DNA of 61,092 nucleotides, filler included, from Dugesia japonica (Eukaryota): NCBI GenBank assembly GCA_001938525.1. It is 4 parts of 4 records of this genome, joined end to end, with 100 filler letters (N's around TTAATTAATTAA, not from the genome) between each part and the next. Parts side by side here need not be neighbours in the genome. Positions count along the whole stretch, not along the records: positions 51,554 to 61,092 come from MQRL01396546.1; 3 more parts are not named here. One strand, 5' to 3'. Shown piece by piece: positions 51,454 to 61,092 of this stretch (position 1 is its first letter; each line of letters starts with the position of its first letter). The notes under the pieces were generated by a model. It saw only the letters and a program-made list of their open reading frames with translations, ran no database searches and was not told where the DNA came from. The position numbers and the translations under genes were made by a program.

Positions 51454-51879
51454 NNNNNNNNNNNNNNNNNNNNNNNNNNNNNNNNNNNNNNNNNNNNTTA
51501 ATTAATTAANNNNNNNNNNNNNNNNNNNNNNNNNNNNNNNNNNNNNNNNNNNNATAATAATAATAATAATATTGAAGACCATTGTCTTATTCATGAAAAT
51601 TCTACTTTTTAATTCTTTTTTGAAGCCTTTTTTCCTTAAATAAAATCAAGTCTTATTTACAGAAAACTCCACTGAATGGAAACTAATGAATAATTAACCT
51701 AACTGTTCTTTTAGAATCTAGATGTATTTTTTCTGTTCTATTATAGTACTTGTTGGAGAAATACAAAGTAAATATTTCTACTTGAGCATTTTTTGGCTAT
51801 TCCTTACGTAAACTTTACATATATGTCTTATATGAACGAGAAAATAAATATAACATTGTAAAAAAGAACAGCCCAAATT

Positions 51880-52270
51880 TTTAAAATTTTTGGTCAAATT
51901 TTTCTTCTGGATGGTCGAATTTGGGTCAATTCGGACAATGGTTTGGTGAAATCAATCAAATGTTTCTTTGAGGTCGAATTTTGGTATTTCGGGTGACTTT
52001 TAGGTCAATTCGGTTAAATGTTTCTTTGAGTTTTCCTGATTTGGTCAAGTATTTACTCGGTGAGGTCGAATCTGGTTATTTTCGATTGGTTTTAGGTGAA
52101 TTTAGTTGATCATTTATGCGGTGAGGTGGAATCAGGTCTATTATGGGCAGTTTGTGGTAATTTTTGGACGATTCGGTGAATTATTTCCCGAACTGGTTAG
52201 TTTGAGTACTTTATGGACAATTTTGGTAGAATTCTTTCTTCAAGTTGGTCGAATTTGGTTCGATTTTCTT
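51880..52270. repeat. Reverse-orientation copy of the GGTCAA/GGTGAA minisatellite
   Basis: ggtgaggtcgaat and ggtcaatt units are complementary to 1660-2250. Confidence 0.7.
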
Positions 52271-54574
52271 CAAAGATTTACTTAATATGAATAAATAAGA
52301 AAAAAAGAGGAAATGTGGGAAAATAGAGAAAATAAGGTAAATATTGGTAAATTTCGTAAAATGACAAAAAGATGGGAAAATTGTGAGAAAATGAACGAAA
52401 AGTAGGCGAATTAAGCATATTAAATAATAATGTATGTATAGAAGAAATTATTATGTAATTAATTAATTAATTAATTATTTTCCATGACCAGACCAGTATT
52501 TCTGGCAAAACTCGTATTTTCTAATATAAGTCTTTAATTTTACAATGATAACGCTACTACTTTCAACTATGATCCTTTATTTTTCGATGTTAAAATAAAA
52601 TAAAAAAATAAATAAATAAAAATAAAATAATCTTTATTTTCTATAGTAAAACTATTTTTTTTATTTATTTATAATTTTCTTTGATGGTTAGTGTATATTC
52701 TGAGATGAATCATTTATTACCCTGGGGATATTAGAATTCTCACATTAAGCACTGATTAATCTTCACATAAAATCATGTAGAGCGTAAATCATATTCAAAA
52801 GATTGATTTTACTAACAATGTAATTGATAATTATGTATCTCGCTACTTAAAGGAAAATGAATCCAAGGAAACCAAGGAGCAATCAAAGATGATAGTAAAT
52901 AGTGAAGGATTTTATTGAAAAGGATACATGTTAGCATTCATATTGTTATATTAAAATTTTTTCCTATGATTATAATTTCCTTTCGTTGTCTGATGCTAGA
53001 ATGTTATGGGAGTGACCTTCATATTGCACTCAAATTGTATTTACCCACTACAATTTATCCTTATCCTTTACCCAATAAAACATAAGCTATTCATAGAAAC
53101 TTATCATTTTAAGTAATTTACCCTATTAATCAATAAAATAAACCATGTGTCATTATTGACATTCAAAATTTAATACATAAATATATAAAAAAAAATAAGG
53201 AGAAATACGGTAAGAGAGTGTAAAATATTAGAAAAGTAGGGCCAAACAGGGTAAAAGTGCAAAAAGGAAGAAAATGACCCAAAATGAAAAAGAATAGAGA
53301 AAATGGGATGAAAACTGATAGAAAAAAGGTTAAAAGAGCGAAATTAAGAGAGAAATATTAAAACTTTTATAAAAAAAAGAACTACATAATCATAAAAAAC
53401 AATGTCTTATGAGACTCCTAGGTGGATATTAAACAATATGCGAAAGTAAAAAGAACAAGAAATACATTTTATTGAAAAATGGTTTGATTATTATTATTAT
53501 TAATTTTTTAAAATATGTTTTTTTTAAAAATTTGACCGAATCAAACGAAACCGAGGAAGAAAATTTTAAAAAATTGAGTTGTTCACCTAGATTTCTATAA
53601 AACCTCCTAGAAAGATTTTTGACGCCTAAAACACTTGAAACATAAGAAAAATTCTATGCCTTTTAAAAATTACATAATAAATTAATTAAAGGATTAAATT
53701 TCTGATGATGTCATTACATAATTGATTAAACTATCAAATATATGTATAAATAAATATAAGTATAAATATAAGTAAAATCAAAGTATAAATGTAGAATTAA
53801 AATCGATATTTTTAAAATATTTTATTAAAAATTTCTAATATTATTTGTTTGAATACTATGAATTGTTGTTCATCATTTTTTACTTTAATCAAAAAACTTT
53901 TAATAATAAATAAAAACGTATGAAGAGTTTTGAGGTTTTGAATTTAACTTCTGAACTCTTCAGAATATATCGTCTTTCATGAATCTGTTTTATCACCTAG
54001 TATGAACCTGTATATCTTTCTTTGTCTTTCGATCTGTTTTCTACCTTGATTAGCACTGTAAGTATGGTTTGACACAGTTGAATTTTTTGATAGTTCGACC
54101 GAAGTTTTTAACGAAAATATTTTGATAAATAATTTACTTAACTTTATAAAATAAGTAAGAAATTTTAAAATTTCAATATTTGAAAATTAAGTATTAATAA
54201 TTAATTTTAAAGTAATAATTAATAAAATAATCAATAAAATAATTTTTGTTGCATTAATTTTAAAATTTGAAATGATTTTAAATAAATAATTTTTGGCATA
54301 ATTTTTAAATAAATGTTTTAATAATTTATTTGTATTAAAATTGTTCTTAGTGAAATTTTTTGAATCACTATTTTTTCAAATCAAATTTTTAAAAAATCAT
54401 AATTTTCGAAAGTCTAATTGAAGATAATTTTAGTTAAGTAGAAAATTTTTCAAAAAAATAATTTTCGAAAATTTGATAAAAATTATTTTTTTTATTAGAA
54501 AATTTTATAAAATAACAATATTCTAAAATTTATTGGTTTTGAATGTTTTAAAACTTCGGTCAAAATTTAATAAA

Positions 54575-57200
54575 AGTGTTCCCCTTGTTTGAAAATTTGT
54601 TTTAGAAACAAATTTATAGTTTTTTTGAGTTGAATAAATCTTGGAATAAAAAGTTTTCATTTTTTAAATGCAAAGATGAATGTTACAGATTCATCTAACA
54701 AGCACGTCGTCTCTAACTTGAAAATGTCTCTTTGTTAATGCAAGCTGTTCAGATTTTTCATTCTTGTCTCCATTATTGAACCATCGTTCTCTATGTATCT
54801 TCTTACCGAATATCACTTTTGCTTGACTTATCTCCAAAGTCTTCTGGCTTGTTGCATCAAGTGCATATTCAATTTCTGGTATTAACTGTGCCCAATTTTT
54901 ATTCTTTTTATCTTTAAATATTGCACTGATGTAATCTCTAATCGTTTTGAATTGATGTTCTACTATTCCGTTTGTATTATGATATGGATTTGAAAAGCAA
55001 ATTTTTATATTCATTGAATATGTCATCTCTTTGAATGCTTTCGATTCGAAGATCTTCCCACAATCTACATGTAACGTTTATGGAGCACCAAATTTCAGTA
55101 ACCATTTATCCATAATCGTTTTCGTTATTGATTCCTCATATTTTTAACTAGGGCTGTTAAACATATGTATCTGGTAAATTTATCTATTATGGCACATATA
55201 TATCTTTTCTTTACTAAGGTTTCTTGGAATGGTCCGCAGATGTCAATATAAATACTCTCAAATGGTTCATTAGCCTTAAATTTCATATTTTCCCCTTTGT
55301 TCTAACTGTTGTTACGTTGTTCATTTGGCACTTTGTATACTTTTTAATTACTTTTGACAAGTTAATTAATTACTTTCTCTCAAATCTTCCATATTATATT
55401 CATTTTTCAAATAATTTAACACTTTTTTCGTGCCTGTTTGCACCAATAAACTATGCATTTCTTTTACCATTTGAATTTGTCTTTTGTCTTTATTATATCT
55501 TCTATTAATTGAAACTTTTTACGTGTTCCTTTTTTTATATCATTCTTTATCTGTTCAATTTCTTCTACGTTACTTTGATATTTATATGTATTTGAACCTG
55601 ATATACCATAAATTGTTCTTTGAATTTTCGTGATCTGTTAAACATTGTACAAACGTATCATAATTCCTTCTCGAAATCATATCTGCATTTGTAGTTTTGC
55701 ACCTTGTCTAGGATATTAAGAAAAGTTATCCAAGTCTGAAATTGCGGAGTAATTGGCTTGTTTGTCTTTTTCATAAATGCTTTTGCCTTGTGATCGGTTT
55801 TCACGAAAAATCTTTTTCTATGTTTAAAATAGTTACAAAAATAGTAAATAGCCGATAATTCTTTTCTTGTTAAAAAAAATACTTTTCATGAGATGATATT
55901 GCATGTCAGCTATATGCAATAACTTGTTCTAGTTCTCTTTCATATATATGCGATAAAACTACTCCGATTGCATTAAAGCTTGCATCTGTATTTAGTATAA
56001 ACATTTTTTTGATATCTGAAAAACTCAATATCCGTGCTTTTGTTAATGCCTCTTTCATCTCATTAAAAGCTTTATCACAACTTTCAGACCACATAAGTTT
56101 TGTATTTTTACTTCCACATAGCTCTTTCAAGCTTCTAACTTTCTTTGAATAATTATTGATCACCGTTTTTAGTAATTGAATATTCTCAAAAAGCTTCTCA
56201 TGTTCTTTACACATTTAGATGTTCCGAAATTTTTTATCGCTTCAATTTTTGTTGGATCAGTTCGAACTCTATTCTTGTCTATGACATGTTCTAAAGATTT
56301 GACTATTGCTCGCAATAAATGACATTTCTGTGATTGCATTCAGGTTTTTAAAATCTATACATAATCTTTTTTCCCAACATATTAACTGAGTGTTCCATTG
56401 CGAATTACACTTCCTAATAATGCCATTGTCAAAAAAATTCTTGAAAGTTTTATTTATCTTATTCTCTAAACGCATTGGTTGTTTCCATGGTTTTGTATTT
56501 ATTGGATCTTCATTTGATTTCTGCTATTGTTGTTCTACCAATATCCAAGTTGTCTGTCATGAATGTTTCTTTATGAATCATTATAACTTTCTCTAAATTT
56601 TGTTTGGCTTGTTAATCAATATTTTGATTGCTCTCTGTACTCTCTTCCCATCTGTTGTATTGCGTTCATACTTGCTTATATATTACAAAGATACATTTCA
56701 TTATCCTCACATTTAGCCTCTCTCAGCAGTTGAAATCTAAACTGTTTCTGTAATTCTATCCCTCCTATTAGATCTGAATGTATCTGTTTCACCACAATGA
56801 ATTTAACTGTTTTGCTTTTATTTTCAAATTTTACTTCTACCTTTATTGTACCGACGATTTCAAGTGGACTGTTATTGTCACATCTTAAATTGTCTTCACT
56901 TTTTAATATATTGACTACTCTCAATCTTTTCAATATTCTAAAACTTATAACATTAACTCTTGCTCCAGTGTCTAACAAGCAATCAAATTTTGTATTTCAA
57001 CCGTTATACTTGGTCTACCTTACATCTTGTCATAACTTATTTCTTGTCACTTTCTCTCTTCTATCGTCAGAATTTCACAATTATCTTCTTCATTTATATC
57101 ATTGATAATCTTCAGTTGGCTTCTAGTCAATTCAATTTTTTACGAACTTGTAAACCTTTTCTTTGACATCGTTGTGCTCATCTACTCGTTTATCTTCGTT
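54575..57200 (-). mobile_element. Decayed Ty3/Gypsy pol (protease, RT, RNase H, integrase)
   Basis: LLDTGA (56978), RLCIDFKNLNAIT, FILNTDASFNAIGVVLS and PYHNTNGIVE in Gypsy domain order; purine tract near 54580; frameshifted. Confidence 0.88.
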
Positions 57201-59176
57201 TCTTTTATTTATTTAATTATTTATACTACTTTTATTATAGTTAACAATACTGAAATTTTTTTGGATATTTAATTCAACGCTCCCATAATCTCGACTTTGG
57301 TCGGATCTTGGACATTTGGGTATTCATCTTGATTTGATCCTTCATTACAATAGTGGCATTTGTCTTCACTACATGTACAACCCATTCCATAATAATAATT
57401 TTAAATAAATGATTTTAAAAAAATAAAATAATATTTAATAATAATAAAAATTGAATTGGATAAAATTATATTAATTTATAATAATTATAATTTTAAAAAT
57501 TTCATATATAAAAACAATAATAAATACAACTAATAATTAAATATTTACAAATTTTCAATTTAATTAACATTTTGAAATTAAATTTAAAATAAAATTTATA
57601 ATTTAAATAAACCAATAAAATTTTAATAAAATATAACCAATTTTGTATAAATATTCTAATATTGATAAAAAATACAATTTAATTTGATCGAAGCTATTAC
57701 AGTATTTTAATGAAATTACAATATGAAGTCAAATTTTGTCTGGTGTTTGTTAGAATTTGGGCAAATTATTGGAACGAGTTGAAGCTGTAATTAATATTTA
57801 CTGAACGTATATTTTTTAATCAAAAATTATTTGCCAGAAAACTCCCAAATTATTACAGAAATTTCGATATGCACTGATATTTACTAATTTTCTTTTATAT
57901 GTTTCATCGTTACTGTATTCAACTTCTACTAAGAATGTAAAAATCCAAATAAGAAAGTCATAGCACAACCATGAAAAAAGTTATAAAGGTTTTTAAGAAT
58001 CAATTAATCAACATTCAGGAATTTTGAAATTCATAAAACTGACCAATAAGAAAACAATCGCATCAAAATGATAAACTATTCAATTAAAATGTAATTAAAT
58101 TTCTCAATATAAATATATTATTCTGAATGAGTGTTCTTAAGTTTAAAAGATTGATTGTCTGAAATATTATTGAGTGGGATTTTTAATAACTGTTTAAAAA
58201 AGCAATAAATTACATTACATAGTTCTAAATTATAAATTATAAAAATGCAATTTAAATAAAGCATTATTTGTTTAAAAGATTTACACAAAAGGAAAATATA
58301 TACTTTCGAAAAATCCGTTTTCATATAGTCTAAGTAATAAAATTTAAATTTTACCTGTTATGCTTTCTGTTAACTTTTCATTTACTAAATACAAAAAAAT
58401 AATATTTAATTTAATCAAAACGTGACCATTACCATTTTCTAAATTGTTGATCTGTTTTCGATATTTAGTTATCTGATCGTCTCTTATCGCAAGTATTTGT
58501 ATTTTATGGTTTTCTAATTCTTCATAATCAGATTTACTAAATTATTAAGTGCTTTAAAATAAACATTAAAATTCAATTAGATAATAATAAGAAATCATTG
58601 TTTTTTTTTTCTAAAATATTAGCTAATCTAGACTAATACATACTTTGAAAATGAGTTTTGGGTTTATTGTAGATTTAAAAAACTTGATTTAATCAAACCT
58701 AATCTTAACATATTTTATTTTTGTCAGTAGTATATATTACAAAATTAAAATTTTGTATTAATTAGAGTTTGCAAAGGGGAACACTTTTATTAACAAATTA
58801 TTATCTATAATAATACACAGCTAGGGCTGATCAGATGATGATAAGGATTATGCAAATAATTTGGCTTCAGATCTAATAGGGCCTGGTCGGATTGTTTGCT
58901 AAAATATATTATGTTTTGAACGCTTCAGTTAAACAAAATATTTTAAGTTTTTAAATTTTAATCATAATCATAAGCAAAATTATAAACTTATAAATTTTTA
59001 GCATATAACTTTTAGGTTTATCAATTAAGCTTAAAAATTTTTCGTTTATAAATCTTAATTTATATACATAAAATTTTCCAGGTATGTTGGCATTCTCTAT
59101 GACTATTAATAAGATGCAAGGTCAATATTTTCATAAAGTTGGTGTGCATTTGCTTGAAATAGTTTTCGCTCATGGC

Positions 59177-59220
59177 CAGTGGCGTAGCCAAGGAAGGGTT
59201 AGGGGATTAAACCCCCCTTT
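59177..59220 (+). mobile_element. hAT-type terminal sequence CAGTGGCGTAGCC...
   Basis: Typical animal hAT/MITE end followed by a G-rich/C-rich hairpin. No partner end seen in the window. Confidence 0.5.
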
Positions 59221-59252
59221 GCATATGAAAAAAATTTCATTTTTGATGTGAC

Positions 59253-61092
59253 TTAGAGATGCCAAACTGATTATTCGAATATATTCGTGTGTTAATTGAC
59301 TATTTTATATTCGAATATTTGGAAATTATAAAATTATAAATTGTAGAAATTCAATCAAAGTAAGCTTTGAAAAAAGTTTCAAAGAATCGCATTTTGAATT
59401 TTCGTAATGTGTTTTGTGTGAAATTATTTTAGTTGACTTTAAAAAAACCGTCGCAATAAGTAATTGTTATTGTCATTAAAAATTTTAATGATTAAAATAA
59501 ATCGTAATCAATTGTAATATTAATTTTTTTTAGATATTTCTTATATTTGAAAGATAAATTAAAGTTTGTTAGATTATCTTACAAAATTACATATTTAGAT
59601 TTGAGACATGTCAAAAAAATCCGAGATGTGGAAGTTTTTTAAGAAAGACAAAAAAATTATTGAAGCCACATGTGGTACCTGTATTCGAATATATTCGTGT
59701 GTTAATTGACTATTTTATATTCGAATAAAATTTTTTTTTATATACGCTAAAGTAGGGTGTAAAAGTTCAACCTCTCCTATAATTAATCATTTGAAGTTAA
59801 GACACTACATATTTATACCTTAATCTGTATCAAGTGAAATTTATGAATAAAATAATGTTCCGCAGAAAAAGCCAAAAATTGAAACAAGTACTATTTTAAA
59901 CTTGGTAAAAAAACAGTCTTTAAATGAAATATTGTCAAATGTCGCAGCAGTAATAAGCAAGTCCGATGCAATAGCTGGATACGTGCAACAAAAAGGTTTA
60001 AAATGCCAAAACGTCCAACAACTATTTCAAAATGCATCACCAAAGAAAATGTATTGAACTGCGAAATAAAATTCGAAAAAATTAAAAAAACAAATCGTAA
60101 ATTTGCTATTACTGCGGATGAATGGACAGATTGCATCATCTTACGTCATGTAAACGTAACAGTTCATGTAGTTTGAATGGAATCAAATAAAGTTGAATGC
60201 TAGGTACTGGATTTAACGGAAATAGTTAAGCAGGGAAATGAAGAAACTATTAAACATTCATTTGAATCTAAGCTAGCAAACTTTGTCATTTAAAAAGTGA
60301 TGTTATTGCATCAACTAACGGCACAGAAGCTGTAATGAATAAAAATACGGAAAAATATTAGATGTTTTAAATCAGATTTGCTATAATCATGCAATTAATT
60401 TGGCCGTAAGGGACTGTTTTTATATACCAATAAATTCAACTCCTAATGAAGCTTTGGACTTGGACGATATCGAAAATTTTGTTGATGATAAAATTGAAGA
60501 TGATGTAGAAGAAGATTTCAGAGAAGATATGTATTCGGATAATAATTTGGAGTTAGTTGAAGAAAATAAAGATGTTATGACATTGACTATTGATTTTGGT
60601 CAAATTATTAACAGGTTAAGAGATGTTACAAGAATGTTTAAAAAATCATCTTTAAAGCAATTTATAGTTCAGAAAATTGGGGAAAAACTGAAGTTAAAAT
60701 TGGACATCAAAATAAGATGAAATTCTATCAAAGCTGCTACATGCTATTAAAAGAAGGATGAAATAAAGAAGAGGTCCAGTTTATGACACTTATTATTTAT
60801 TTACATTGTGGAAATGTACCAAGTTCCAACTATTATTTTCAATATTCTTCAAAAATGCAGTAATTTCATTTGCTGAAAATATTATGGAACAAAAATATTC
60901 AAAAATATTTATTGAAGAAAGTAATAATAATAATTCTACATCATCTTCAACTGATGATGTAATAGAATTATCACCACAAACTGGATTATGAAAAGAATTG
61001 CAAAATGCAATAAGTTCCTGTTGCTTTATAACTAAAAGAAACTAAATAGACAAAATATATTTTAAAAAACTGCCGATTACATATTATTTCGA
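59253..61092 (+). pseudogene. hAT transposon with BED-finger transposase pseudogene (ATG 59608)
   Basis: TAGAGATG end with TTCGAATA subterminal repeats; MSKKSEMWKFF...TCGTC...STSPIINHLKLRH (BED); FAITADEWTD; CYNHAINLAV; LKLDIKIR*NS. Stops and frameshifts. Confidence 0.85.

Overview
Very AT-rich eukaryotic (metazoan) DNA with ~40-45-nt introns. A compact-genome invertebrate such as an orthonectid is a guess, not a determination. The window is four unrelated scaffolds joined by N-flanked TTAATTAATTAA linkers (20752, 32846, 51498). Recognisable host genes are few: a convergent PAM16/Nova pair (40631-42610), an orphan 373-aa intronless ORF with a Cry-toxin domain-I-like helix, and a 300-aa multi-pass membrane ORF. 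Most of the rest is decayed Gypsy, hAT, pogo/Tigger and Tc1 debris, an 18S rRNA fragment and minisatellite/foldback repeats. The main discovery is a 4.5-kb element (13186-17706) with TGTTGGGG...CCCCAACA termini and a 4-bp AAAT target-site duplication. It has two further diverged copies (46597-~50411, and a partial inverted one from 50412). It encodes no recognisable transposase, RT or integrase. It carries a CCAAT/TATA promoter, a putative non-coding leader exon ending in A, and four small conserved ORFs, each behind its own splice acceptor. Two of the ORFs appear to get their ATG only by splicing (A|TG). It ends in a covarying structured RNA. The cargo proteins carry motifs of the kind used by viral accessory proteins: an LC8-binding KSTQT, an LxCxE-like segment, and a basic region plus coiled coil.
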